NCBI GenBank assembly: GCA_963718665.1 | Contig: OY970359.1 | Span: forward strand, 2,240,001 to 2,304,000 | DNA from: an uncultured Phycisphaerales bacterium | Lineage (GTDB): Bacteria > Planctomycetota > Phycisphaerae > Sedimentisphaerales > Anaerobacaceae | Direction: 5' to 3' | DNA: 64,000 nucleotides | Shown here: positions 1 through 9,291 of the stretch, one piece after another | How the letters are laid out: the number at the start of each line of letters is the position of its first letter | Position numbering within the stretch: position 1 is the stretch's first letter | Made by a program: the position numbers and the translations under genes | Notes under the pieces: generated by a model | What the model saw: the letters and a program-made list of their open reading frames with translations, nothing else | The model's database searches: none | Told to the model about the DNA's origin: nothing

Positions 1-1307
1 AAAGCGCATCCGTAGTTGTTTTCTGCAATAGTATTGTTTTTGGTAATCTTCAGGGCGTGTTCGAATAGTGTGAGGTCATTCTGCCAGTATCTTACCTGGG
101 TTCGCGTAAGGGCAGCCATTGAAGACAGTGCAGCCACCGCCAGCACCGCGGCGATTACTTTCCAGTGAGGGCGTTTGGATACAACGTCTTTGACAAACCA
201 CGCGATAATAATCAGCAAACCCAGCATCGGCACATACATGTACCGGTCGGCCATTCCCTGTTCGCCGACCTGAATAAGTCCAAGCACCGGAACGAGCGTT
301 CCAACATACCACAGCCAGCCGACCACAATGTATTTTCTTCGCCTTCCGGCATAAACGCTGATTACTGTCATCAGCACAAATAGTGATATGCAGATTAACG
401 ATACTGTATCCGAAATGCTTTTATGGGGATTCGGATATGGTACTGCCAGCCCGCTTGGCCAAAGCGTTTTACCAATGTAGCTTATATATGAAATGAACGC
501 ATTGGCAATACGGCAATCTAATGATATGTGCTCCAGCGTGGCGACCGCTCCTCCGCTGTGTTGCGCGATTATGGTTATAACTCCTGAAAGTGCTGTCAGC
601 ACAAGCATGGGGACTTTTTCAATTAGCAGTCGCAGAATAGTTGCTTTTTGGAAGCGGGCCGTGGCTGCGGTTGCTTTATTCTTGAACCGCGCAAGCCGGT
701 CTAATGGCCACCAGTCAAGCAGCAAAAGCACAAAGGGCAGCGTTATGACCATCGGCTTGGACATAAGCCCCAGTGTAAACACGAGCAGCACAAGCGAATA
801 CCTCGTGAAATTCGGCCGCTCAGCGTATCGCGCATATGCGAACATAGTCAGCATCCAGAACAGACCGCTTAACGTGTCTTTGCGTTCCGCTGCCCATGCC
901 ACCGACTCAACGTGAAGCGGGTGCAGCGCGAATACTGCTGCCACAAATGCGCTTGTCCATATCGCCCCCGTCATCTTCCGCATTGTCCAGAATAACAGCA
1001 AACTGCTGGCCGTGTGAATAAGAACGCTGGTGACATGATGGCCCACTGGATTCAGGCCGTATATTTCGCAGTCCAGCATATGACTAAGCCACGTCAGCGG
1101 ATGCCAGTTCGCCATGTATAGCTTCGTAAACGCCCAGATAACTGAATCTTGTGTTATTCCGCCGGTTACGTTGGGGTTTTCTGTTATATATGTGTTGTCA
1201 TCGTAGTGGACAAAATTGTTATGCCGTATCGGTTCATAGGCGAAAAGCGATGCAGCCACCAGCGCTGCCATAATCGAAAATAAAATGTGTTTTTGGCTTA
1301 ATCTCAT
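1..1307 (-). CDS. TMTC-like membrane glycosyltransferase (GT-C) / TPR protein, partial (runs off the window start)
   Basis: Not in the ORF track. Manual translation from ATG at 1307 gives MRLSQKHILFSIMAALVAASLFAYEPIRHNNFVHYDDNTYITENPNV...ANWHPLTWLSHMLD...HPLHVESVAWAAERKD, colinear with the paralog at 1308-3176. Confidence 0.85.
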   Translation of the reverse strand, partial: MRLSQKHILFSIMAALVAASLFAYEPIRHNNFVHYDDNTYITENPNVTGGITQDSVIWAFTKLYMANWHPLTWLSHMLDCEIYGLNPVGHHVTSVLIHTASSLLLFWTMRKMTGAIWTSAFVAAVFALHPLHVESVAWAAERKDTLSGLFWMLTMFAYARYAERPNFTRYSLVLLVFTLGLMSKPMVITLPFVLLLLDWWPLDRLARFKNKATAATARFQKATILRLLIEKVPMLVLTALSGVITIIAQHSGGAVATLEHISLDCRIANAFISYISYIGKTLWPSGLAVPYPNPHKSISDTVSLICISLFVLMTVISVYAGRRRKYIVVGWLWYVGTLVPVLGLIQVGEQGMADRYMYVPMLGLLIIIAWFVKDVVSKRPHWKVIAAVLAVAALSSMAALTRTQVRYWQNDLTLFEHALKITKNNTIAENNYGCA

Positions 1308-3176
1308 TTATTTCTCACGATATGGCTGTCCTGCCTCGTAAAGCTTTATTCGATTTTCAATCGCGACTGCTAAATCATTCTGCCCGGTTTCTCGCGCCAG
1401 CTTCAACGCTTTTTCGGCTGTCGCCTTTGCTTCGGCGAATCTGCCTGCCGCCGCAAAGCCGCTTGCCAGCGCATCCAGACATTCAGCGTCCTTGTCCCCC
1501 GTCAGTTCACAGGCGCGTTTTGCGTACCTGATTGCTTCATTTGTTTTCCCCGCCGCCAGCAGTGTAATTCCCAGTTGCTTATTAGTATCAGGGTCGCTCG
1601 GGTTCAGCTCCAGTGATTTATTGAAGTATTTTATTGATTCGTTATATTTTTTCTGTATGCCGAGCGCCATCGCGAGATTGTAGTAAAGCTCTGCAGTTTT
1701 ATGATTGCGCTTTATAAGTTCTTCATATATCGAGACTGCCTCGTCGTACCTTCCTTCTTTCAGATATATTCTGGCTAAGTGGATGAGAGCAGTGTCAAAC
1801 CCGGGGTTTATACGAAGAGCATTGCCAAAATGCTGCTCTGCCTCATCGAGACGGTCTTCATTGAACAAAGCACATGCATAGCTGTTTTCCGTAATTGCGT
1901 TGTCTTCCGTAACGCTTAAGGCGTATTCGAAAAGCGTGATACTGTTCCGCCAGTGCCGCACCTGCATTTGGGTAAGTATGAGCAAACTCAATACCGCTGC
2001 CACGCCCGTTATGGCCGCGATGGTTTTTAATTGGGGCAGCTTTGCGATTATGTCTTTGCCTGCCATGGCAATGATAATAAGCAGGCCCAGCATCGGCAGG
2101 TACATATAACGATTGGCCATCGCCTGGTCCCCGACCTGAACCAGCCCTATCATTGGAACGAGCGTGCCCGCAAACCACAGCCAGCCGACGGCTATATATT
2201 TTTTGCGGCGCCCAATATAGATGCTTATGGCCGATATCAGGATGAATAGAAAAGCACAAATCAACGTTGTAGTGTTTAATAAGGTTGAATGCGAGGGCGG
2301 ATAGAAAACAGCCAGGTCGCTGGGCCATACCAGTTTGCCGATGTATTTTACATAAGAGACCAACGCATTGGCTATTCGATGGTCTAATGTAACTTTATCC
2401 AGTGTGCCGATAGCTCCTCCGGATTGCTGCGCGATAACGGTTAGAACGCCCAAAATTGCCGACATTGCCAGCAAAGGCGTTTTTTCCGCAATTAGCCATC
2501 CGATTGTTTTTTGGTCTGGTCTGCTCCTTGCCTTTTTGTTTTGCTGATGTCCCCATTGAATCCTGTCTAATGGCCAGTAGTCCAGCAGAAGCAATACTAA
2601 AGGCAGTGTAATGACTATCGGCTTGGTCATAATACAAAGGCCGAATACTAATAATACCACGAGATATCGGCCGAATCCTGGTTTTCTGACGTAATGAATA
2701 TATGTAGCCATTGTCAGAAACCAGAATAAACCGCTTAAAACCGTTTTTCGTTCAGCTATCCACGCCACTGATTCCACCTGTAACGGATGCAGGGCAAATA
2801 CCGCCGCGACGAATGCACTTGCCCACATTGTCCCCGTGATGTTCTTGAGAATCCATAAAAGCAGCAGGGCGTTGACAATATGAATCACGACGCTGACTAA
2901 GTGATGTCCTGTTGGATTTAGTCCGAAAAGCCGGTAATCCAGCATGTGACTGAGCCACGTCAGGGGGTGCCAGTTCGCAGCGTATAGTTTTGTGAACGCG
3001 ATGATTATCGAATCTTGAGTTATCCCGCCGGTTACGGCGGGGTTTTTCATATACAGGTCATCGTCATAGCTGACAAAGTAGTTGTGTCGTATCGGCTCGT
3101 ATGCGACAAGCGTGGCGACAGCTATACCAACATATACAAATATGCTTATGTACTTTTGTTGGTGTTCCAAAGTCAC
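1308..3176 (-). CDS. TMTC-like membrane glycosyltransferase (GT-C fold) with C-terminal TPR repeats
   Basis: YDD acidic motif after the first TM helix; NWHPLTWLSH, HPLQVESVAWIAERK and MANRYMYLP motifs; about 10 TM segments; TPR-like helical repeats in the last ~200 aa. Confidence 0.85.
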   Translation of the reverse strand: MTLEHQQKYISIFVYVGIAVATLVAYEPIRHNYFVSYDDDLYMKNPAVTGGITQDSIIIAFTKLYAANWHPLTWLSHMLDYRLFGLNPTGHHLVSVVIHIVNALLLLWILKNITGTMWASAFVAAVFALHPLQVESVAWIAERKTVLSGLFWFLTMATYIHYVRKPGFGRYLVVLLVFGLCIMTKPIVITLPLVLLLLDYWPLDRIQWGHQQNKKARSRPDQKTIGWLIAEKTPLLAMSAILGVLTVIAQQSGGAIGTLDKVTLDHRIANALVSYVKYIGKLVWPSDLAVFYPPSHSTLLNTTTLICAFLFILISAISIYIGRRKKYIAVGWLWFAGTLVPMIGLVQVGDQAMANRYMYLPMLGLLIIIAMAGKDIIAKLPQLKTIAAITGVAAVLSLLILTQMQVRHWRNSITLFEYALSVTEDNAITENSYACALFNEDRLDEAEQHFGNALRINPGFDTALIHLARIYLKEGRYDEAVSIYEELIKRNHKTAELYYNLAMALGIQKKYNESIKYFNKSLELNPSDPDTNKQLGITLLAAGKTNEAIRYAKRACELTGDKDAECLDALASGFAAAGRFAEAKATAEKALKLARETGQNDLAVAIENRIKLYEAGQPYREK

Positions 3177-3198
3177 TGTAATGCGGCCTAATTTTTTA

Positions 3199-4842
3199 TT
3201 ATCGCGAACCTGATTTGCGGACGTTTTCTTTTATCCGCTGTATATGGCCTCTGCCCAGCCCCTTGACCTCACAGCCAAGCGCAAAGTATTGCTTTATCTG
3301 CTCATCGCTCAGTATCCCGAAGCAGTCGATTATCGCTATCGGCCCGCCTGCCCAAGCCACTATTTTCTTCGGCTCAAGGTTCAGGTATTCCTGATGCGGT
3401 ACTGCTAATATCAGCGCACCGACGCCCTTAATCGCTGCTGAAAGGTTATTTTGAACCCTGATATTTACCAAATCCTCCTGGTTATGGAAAAATCTCGCCC
3501 ACGAATGTCCCGGCGAGGGATATACGTTCTGCTGCTCTAATTCATACCAGTGCTCGACGTAAGGGTCATGGACCTGCATCTCTGCTCCCATCTCCGTCAG
3601 TTTCCGCACGACAATTTCCGAGCCGCTGTACCGCGTGTCGCCGACGTCCTGCCTGTAGCTCGCCCCGCAAAGCAGCACTTTTGCGCCGGCTATCATTTTG
3701 CCCATATTGCGAAGCGCATCGCGAGTCAACTCCGCTACGTGCAGGCCGCGGGTGTCGTTGACGTCAATCGCCGTGGTCGTCATCTTGAATATATCATCCT
3801 CGAAACCAAGAATATGCTTATACGCCCAGTAGCCCAGCCCGCCGTCTTTAGGCAGACAATAACCGCCTATACCCGGCCCCGGGAATATCATATTATTATG
3901 CGTAGGCCTCATCTTGATGGCATTGATGACCTTAATCAGGTCAACGCCGTTTCGCTCAGCGAACATACTCCATTCATCCAGAAACGCCAGCGTTGTCGCC
4001 CTGAATGAATTCTCAACTATCTTCGTCGTCTCCGATTCGATGGGCCTGTCCATAACCGTCAACGGAAAATCCTTGGTATTTAAAACCTCGTGCAGGAATT
4101 TCTCAACCCGCTTCCTCGCCTCCTCATTGCATCCTGAGCAAACCCTCCAGAAATCCCGAATCGACGAAACATAGTGTTTGCCCGGCATAACCCGCTCGAA
4201 ACTGTGCGCGAGCAATGGCTCCGTTTTTATACCGCGGGCAGCGAACGCCTTTTTCATAATCGGCCAGGCGATAAACTCCGTCGTCCCCGGCGCGACCGTC
4301 GTCTCAATCAGCGTCAGGCAATTCGCCTGCACTCTCTCGGCGATTGTCTTCATCGTCGCTTCCAGTGCCCCCATCTCAACCTCCCCAGTTCTCATATTCC
4401 CAAGGTCATGCTTGGTATAATCGCACTGCACGTCAACAACCACGCAGTCCGCCAGTTTCAGGCAGTCGCTGTTATACGTCGCGATGAGCGTCTTTTTTTC
4501 CAGCACGCACCGCTTTATCATCGGGTCAACTTCCGGGTCCTCCGCCTTGACGGGCGAGCGGCCCTCGTTGAGCATCGGTATTTTCCAGTAACTACGCGTG
4601 CTCGGCCTTTGGCAGCCGATGACGAATTTGCTGGACTTACCCGTCTTCTTATCGACCGTGTCTGCTATTATGGCCGCCATCACCGCCCCGACGAACCCAA
4701 CGCCCATTACCACGACGATTTCTTTGCCTTCCTTGCGGGCGGCCTCTGCCAGCGATTCCACTCTCTTGAGTTCTTTTGGGTATTCCTCTTTGTTAGGCAG
4801 TTGAAATTTTTCCCCTTCAGGGTTCATCGAATAGTCAGACAT
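3199..4842 (-). CDS. Nucleotide-sugar dehydrogenase (UDP-glucose/GDP-mannose dehydrogenase family), copy 1
   Basis: Rossmann GVGFVG, ETTVAPGTT, KIVENSFR, catalytic GPGIGGYCLPKD, C-terminal GASYRQDVGDTRYS. Confidence 0.9.
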   Translation of the reverse strand: MSDYSMNPEGEKFQLPNKEEYPKELKRVESLAEAARKEGKEIVVVMGVGFVGAVMAAIIADTVDKKTGKSSKFVIGCQRPSTRSYWKIPMLNEGRSPVKAEDPEVDPMIKRCVLEKKTLIATYNSDCLKLADCVVVDVQCDYTKHDLGNMRTGEVEMGALEATMKTIAERVQANCLTLIETTVAPGTTEFIAWPIMKKAFAARGIKTEPLLAHSFERVMPGKHYVSSIRDFWRVCSGCNEEARKRVEKFLHEVLNTKDFPLTVMDRPIESETTKIVENSFRATTLAFLDEWSMFAERNGVDLIKVINAIKMRPTHNNMIFPGPGIGGYCLPKDGGLGYWAYKHILGFEDDIFKMTTTAIDVNDTRGLHVAELTRDALRNMGKMIAGAKVLLCGASYRQDVGDTRYSGSEIVVRKLTEMGAEMQVHDPYVEHWYELEQQNVYPSPGHSWARFFHNQEDLVNIRVQNNLSAAIKGVGALILAVPHQEYLNLEPKKIVAWAGGPIAIIDCFGILSDEQIKQYFALGCEVKGLGRGHIQRIKENVRKSGSR

Positions 4843-4891
4843 TTATAACTCCTTTCCTATAAAGTTGAAGTGCGTATCAAACTTACCCCAA

Positions 4892-4919
4892 ATTTTACAA
4901 AATTCTCCCCCTATGGCAA
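4892..4919 (-). promoter_or_regulatory. Putative sigma70 promoter TTGCCA-N16-TAAAAT for dehydrogenase copy 1
   Basis: Consensus-like hexamers about 50 nt upstream of the ATG; a 24-bp core (4902-4925) is duplicated at 5992-6015. Confidence 0.55.
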
Positions 4920-4940
4920 GCTTTTCTCGTAGCGTAGCGA

Positions 4941-4972
4941 CCTGTCCCGCCGTAGCTCTTGGCGAAGGGGGA
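4941..4972. repeat. Short palindromic element (CCTGT-stem-CGTAG-loop-CGAAG-stem family)
   Basis: cctgtcccgccgtagctcttggcgaaggggga; related copies at 11212-11240, 13017-13048 (reverse) and 22538-22601 (reverse, nested). Confidence 0.6.
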
Positions 4973-5012
4973 AGACCCCAGAAATTCGTTATCTGGGGTC
5001 AAGTTGTGGTTT

Positions 5013-5035
5013 GTAGGGCGGGGTTTACCCCGCCA
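5013..5035. repeat. GTAG-type REP-like palindrome
   Basis: GTAG followed by the hairpin GGCGGGG-TTTA-CCCCGCC; second copy at 6080-6102. Confidence 0.6.
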
Positions 5036-5190
5036 AATTATCTGATTATCACCGCACCTAAACCAGGAAACAAAAACGCGGCGGGTTCGGAGTACGACCC
5101 GCCGCGAATACCGCTAAGAGAAAAGGACTGGAAATCTCCGTTAAACCATCGACTTTCCATCTATTCAAAGACGTTGGCGCTTTCAGAAAA

Positions 5191-5850
5191 TCATTCCTTT
5201 GCCCCGGCTTTTTTAAGCAGTTGCACGACCTCTTTGTGCCCTTCATGCTTCGCAACCCCTAACGCCGTTTTGCCATCTTTGGCTTTTACATTTATATCGG
5301 CCTTCGCCGCCAGCAGTAACTTGACAACCTCCTCGTGGCCCTCCTTCGACGCCACCCACAGGGCGGTTTCGTCGTTGGTTGTATCCTTCACATTGACATC
5401 GGCCCCCTTCTCCAGCAGGAGTTTGACAACCTTCGCATGGCCCTCCCTCGACGCTGCCCACAGGGCAGTTACGCTGTCGGTTGTCCTTTTCACATTAACA
5501 TTGGCTCCCTTCTCAAGCAGGAGGTTGGCAACCTCCGAATGGCCCTCATGCGACGCCACCCAAAGGGCGGTTGCGCCGTCGGTTGTACCCATATTGACAT
5601 CGGCGCCCTTCTCCAGCAGGAGTTTGACAATCTCCGTATGGCCGTACTTCGACGCCCACATCAGGGCTGTTTCACCAGTGGAACTCTTTGCGTTGACCTC
5701 GGCGCCGTCAGCCAGGGCGGTTTTTGCTGCCTTCAAATTGTCGTCCTTTGCGGCTTTAATCAGTTGAGCATTCTTGCCTGATACACCCGAATCGGCAAAG
5801 CAAGCGGTTGCAAAAGAAACACACACTATCAAAAACAGGATTCGTTTCAT
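5191..5850 (-). CDS. Secreted ankyrin-repeat protein
   Basis: N-terminal signal peptide (MKRILFLIVCVSFATACFA); about five 33-34 aa repeats of TAL-W-AS--GH-E-VKLLLEKGADVN. Confidence 0.9.
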   Translation of the reverse strand: MKRILFLIVCVSFATACFADSGVSGKNAQLIKAAKDDNLKAAKTALADGAEVNAKSSTGETALMWASKYGHTEIVKLLLEKGADVNMGTTDGATALWVASHEGHSEVANLLLEKGANVNVKRTTDSVTALWAASREGHAKVVKLLLEKGADVNVKDTTNDETALWVASKEGHEEVVKLLLAAKADINVKAKDGKTALGVAKHEGHKEVVQLLKKAGAKE

Positions 5851-5980
5851 AAAACTCTCCTTAATCTGGTATTTCTCATATTAAACGCCTGGCTACACGA
5901 CCAGGCCTTTCGATTCAACGTCCTTTGTTAAACCATAATATTTTGCCCCGGCGGTTCAAATCACCGCCCACCAAAATGAA

Positions 5981-6009
5981 ATTCTACGCAGATTCTCCCC
6001 CTATGGCAA
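5981..6009 (-). promoter_or_regulatory. Putative sigma70 promoter TTGCCA-N17-TAGAAT for the ankyrin gene
   Basis: Consensus-like hexamers; near-identical to the promoter at 4892-4919. Confidence 0.55.
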
Positions 6010-6079
6010 GCTTTTACTCGTCTGTCTGGAGGGGGTAATTTAGCCCCTCAGTTTATTGAGGGGTTACTCTGATGAGTTT

Positions 6080-6102
6080 GTAGGGCAGGGTAAACCTCGC
6101 CA
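6080..6102. repeat. GTAG-type REP-like palindrome, degenerate copy
   Basis: gtagggcagggtaaacctcgcca, similar to 5013-5035. Confidence 0.5.
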
Positions 6103-6289
6103 TCTTACCTAATTTGTCAAGAGCAAGGAAAATGGGGCATGCTAAAATAGACAATTGAACCAATTTCCCGATAAACCATCCCTTGTTTTCAGCCGATATA
6201 ATCTCTTGGCGAGATGTAGTCCCTCAACACCTGGCAAACACCACTCCGTCAAGAACAATCAAGACAATTTTACTAAAAGGTAAACGAAT

Positions 6290-7405
6290 ATGACAACTAT
6301 AGACCCGAATATATTCGAGGACAATTCACCTATCACCATTGCTAACAACTGGCTTAATCAAGAGAAAACAGTGGGCGGCAGCATAACTTTGCGGTGGTGT
6401 CGAGACGAGTTTTATAAATTTGAGGGCGGGCATTATCAGCATAAGACAAAAGACCAGATAAAAGGCGGTTTGTATGAATATCTAAGCAACAAGTCCTATA
6501 TAACCGCACGCAGAGAAATAAAAACTTACAATAGTACCAAAGCAAAAGTTTGCCGCATCCTTAATGCATGTAAGGGCCTATGCCGTGTTGACTCTAACGC
6601 CCCGGTCTGGCTTGGCAAGAACGAGAACAATCTTAATACACGTATGTTGCTTGCTTTTCGCAACGGGATTCTCGATATTGATAAATACGTGAAGGGTGAG
6701 ATTGTGTTATATCCGCCGACCCCGGACTTTTTTACTATGAACTCATTACCCTATGATTTCGACCAGAACGCTGAGTCAGAGCTATGGAACGGCTATATAA
6801 AAGACGTGTTTAATGGGGACCAGAAGAAAATCCAGTTGCTTAGTGAATGGATAGGTTACAACTGTGTCCCGGACATATCTCATAACAACCTAATGCTTTT
6901 CATTGGCATGACAGCATCCAGTAAAAGTACCGTTGTCGGGACTATGGAAGCTATACTCGGCGAATACCCCAACACCGCTCCATTTTCTTTCGATAATACC
7001 CGCGCGTTTAATTTTCTGGCAAGCGATGTGCTGTCGGCGACAGGCACAGTTTACTTTCCTATCACGTTAAAAAGAGCCAAGTCGAATCTTCAGAAGATGC
7101 TTCATATAGTAAAAGGTGATGTAATAGATATCCACCCAAAGTATAGACCGGCGTTATTATCAGTTAAATTTCCCTGCCGCTTTACCATTATGACGCGGAG
7201 TATGTCTGTGTTTGGTGAGTATGAACAGGAGATGATGGACATGGCGAATATTCTCGCGTTTTCTAATTCGTATGTAGGCCGTGAGAATCGCATGCTTAAA
7301 AAACAGCTTAAAGATGAGGCCAAATCAGGCAGACTAATTAACTTCGCTCTCCGCGGTCTAAAATCATTGTATCAGAATCAGGGATTTATTACCCCCGGCT
7401 ATTAA
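6290..7405 (+). CDS. P4-family phage/plasmid primase-helicase-like protein (D5_N plus degenerate SF3 helicase)
   Basis: LLAFRNGILD, PTPDFFTMNSLPYDFD and LLSEWIGY are typical of D5_N/P4 primases; the Walker A position reads GMTASSKST. Confidence 0.7.
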   Translation: MTTIDPNIFEDNSPITIANNWLNQEKTVGGSITLRWCRDEFYKFEGGHYQHKTKDQIKGGLYEYLSNKSYITARREIKTYNSTKAKVCRILNACKGLCRVDSNAPVWLGKNENNLNTRMLLAFRNGILDIDKYVKGEIVLYPPTPDFFTMNSLPYDFDQNAESELWNGYIKDVFNGDQKKIQLLSEWIGYNCVPDISHNNLMLFIGMTASSKSTVVGTMEAILGEYPNTAPFSFDNTRAFNFLASDVLSATGTVYFPITLKRAKSNLQKMLHIVKGDVIDIHPKYRPALLSVKFPCRFTIMTRSMSVFGEYEQEMMDMANILAFSNSYVGRENRMLKKQLKDEAKSGRLINFALRGLKSLYQNQGFITPGY

Positions 7406-7430
7406 CTAACAGGCCGTAAAGGAGTGAACA

Positions 7431-7814
7431 ATGAAAACTATACGAGTTATAGCAATTGCGATTAGTATCGTGCTTGCTCTCTTTTGTGGGTTTATTTCAA
7501 TTTTAGCTTTTTATCACGGTGTTGTTGATCCAGACCGCGACACTTGGTCCATATTTTTTGTGTTTGCTCTTGGCTTTATCGGCACGGGTGGTTTTCTTCT
7601 TTATGTTTATTATAAACCCCCTAAAATTGTAGCCGCCTTGCACAAGTCCAAATCCTATGCCGTAGAGGCGTTGCGTTTAGGCGGCAAACAGATGCTATGT
7701 GATATTATCAAGTGGACTATAATCATCATCGTAGCCGCCGTTGTGTTTCTAATCGTGCACCATATTCTCTGCGACGCGGACCCGGCTGCTGGGTCTCGGT
7801 CCATGGGTAGATAG
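7431..7814 (+). CDS. Hypothetical membrane protein (about 3 TM helices)
   Basis: AAGGAG RBS; three hydrophobic segments; directly follows the primase-like gene. Confidence 0.6.
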   Translation: MKTIRVIAIAISIVLALFCGFISILAFYHGVVDPDRDTWSIFFVFALGFIGTGGFLLYVYYKPPKIVAALHKSKSYAVEALRLGGKQMLCDIIKWTIIIIVAAVVFLIVHHILCDADPAAGSRSMGR

Positions 7815-8039
7815 AAGACAACATACGGGCTATCCCCGATTCAGTAAGCGTGCTTTACCCGACGATTGATGAGGCCAAACTTGAGTGCTTGAATGAATTA
7901 TTTGCTAAATGGTTATCTGGCATTGTTTAACAAACGAAAAAGGTATCAGCCAATCTTTGCCCTGCGAAGCGGGTTACGAAGGCCGGGGAGGTTGTCGAGG
8001 TTTGAAAAAAAACGGTTGCTGGGCATGGTTTACTCGATG

Positions 8040-8900
8040 TTATTTTTTTGTGGGTCTTCGGGCTTTCTTTATTGAAAGTCGTTTACGTTGTGACCATACA
8101 TCTTTATGTATAATTTTAGAAATAACTTCTTTTGTCTTCATTGGGGTATCCGGGTGTTCCCGAACCTCTTCGACTTTCTTAGCGAATTCCTGAATAAAGA
8201 TTTCACGATCTTTATATTCTTTTCCAACCCAGAACTTATATCGAGTCCCATCAGGATGTTCAATTGAGATGTATAAACCAGCATCATCATTTTTCGACTT
8301 TTTCTTTTGTCCAATAAATTTTTCGTATGCAGCCCATAATAAGGATGCTATAGATGCAACAGAACCGATTGCTCCAAGGACTATTAAATATTCAATAGCG
8401 GCAAAAATATGACGACCACGAACTTTATCTGGGTCAAGCCAGAATGTTTGAATATTATCAGCATTAGATTCGATAAAAGAGTAGATTTCCTCTGGTTCAA
8501 CTCTCTCATGTACATTAGCTAAAGATACCTGCAAGGGTACAGGATATTTAATTTTTTTTCCTCCCACTATAGGCTGATACAGGACAACGTATTTCTTTTT
8601 GATATTATCCTGCATATTTGGGGGGAGGCGGTTAAAATCGAGGAGCTGCACCTTAAACGGAAGGTCGCTTTCAACAAAAACCTCGTTGAGCTTCGGCAGT
8701 ATTTTTTTGGCGGTCTCTTTATCGCAGAGAACCGCCAAGTCCAGGTCGGAGGCGGGATGGTGAGACCATTTGACGCGGGAGCCAAAGGCCCAGACAGTAG
8801 CCGCGGGTATATATAATTTTAGCTGCTCCAGCAGATACTGCAAATGAGGGAGGGGAACTGCAATTTGTTCGGCAAGGGTTTGTAAATCAGACGGATTCAC
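8040..8900 (-). CDS. Minimal nucleotidyltransferase (MNT/MntA-type antitoxin) fused to a C-terminal domain with a hydrophobic helix
   Basis: GS-x10-DxD motif (FGSRVKWSHHPASDLDL) and SDLPFKVQLLDF in the first ~110 aa; AT-richer ~170-aa C-terminal extension. Confidence 0.8.
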   Translation of the reverse strand: MNPSDLQTLAEQIAVPLPHLQYLLEQLKLYIPAATVWAFGSRVKWSHHPASDLDLAVLCDKETAKKILPKLNEVFVESDLPFKVQLLDFNRLPPNMQDNIKKKYVVLYQPIVGGKKIKYPVPLQVSLANVHERVEPEEIYSFIESNADNIQTFWLDPDKVRGRHIFAAIEYLIVLGAIGSVASIASLLWAAYEKFIGQKKKSKNDDAGLYISIEHPDGTRYKFWVGKEYKDREIFIQEFAKKVEEVREHPDTPMKTKEVISKIIHKDVWSQRKRLSIKKARRPTKK

Positions 8901-9291
8901 CAGTCAAGCCCCGATAGAGATTAACGACGTCCTCGTAAAAACCTTCGGCGATATCCAAAACCGCCTCGGCCTTGTCGCTTGAATAATCGTGCGAGGTATC
9001 CTGACGGAATTGCAGGTAGTTGAACCATGCCTCCGGATTACTAATCAGGTTTCTCTGTGCAGCAAGACGGATAACCGACTTGGGACTGCCCGTGGCTGCC
9101 TCGGCAAAGCCCTCCTCTTCGAGATGTTTCTTGCAGATTTTCCAGGCGATTTCCAGAGTATATTCAAACCGCTTGATGAGCGAATCCTGAACCGCTTCCT
9201 GCTCGAGAGGCGGGCGATTGGCGTTATCGCGATATGCCTGTAACATCTCGCCGAATTGCTGTATTGCGGTTTTTAGCTGAGTATAATCCAT
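8887..9291 (-). CDS. HEPN-domain protein (HI0074 family), putative RNase toxin
   Basis: LIKRFEYTLEIAWK, SPKSVIRLA and an R-x4-H-x-Y motif (RQDTSHDY); overlaps the MNT gene start. Confidence 0.85.
   Translation of the reverse strand: MDYTQLKTAIQQFGEMLQAYRDNANRPPLEQEAVQDSLIKRFEYTLEIAWKICKKHLEEEGFAEAATGSPKSVIRLAAQRNLISNPEAWFNYLQFRQDTSHDYSSDKAEAVLDIAEGFYEDVVNLYRGLTGESV

Noticed and set aside
76..915. Short ORFs 76-312, 165-383 and 493-915 in the ORF track
   Set aside because: They overlap the real minus-strand TMTC-like CDS (1-1307), which the track missed because it lacks a stop within the window.
5230..5710. About 100-bp DNA repeats that could be mistaken for a CRISPR array
   Set aside because: They are in-frame ankyrin coding repeats with no unique spacers and no cas genes.
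4865..5781. Plus-strand ORFs of 300 aa and 148 aa with repetitive sequence
   Set aside because: Antisense shadows of the ankyrin-repeat gene; the repeats mirror the ankyrin units.
5950..5973. GGCGGTTCAAATCACCGCCCACCA resembles a tRNA T-arm plus CCA end (possible att remnant)
   Set aside because: T-stem register is off by one, the acceptor strand is too short, no D-arm or anticodon arm lies upstream, and there is no second copy or integrase in the window; treated as a simple hairpin.
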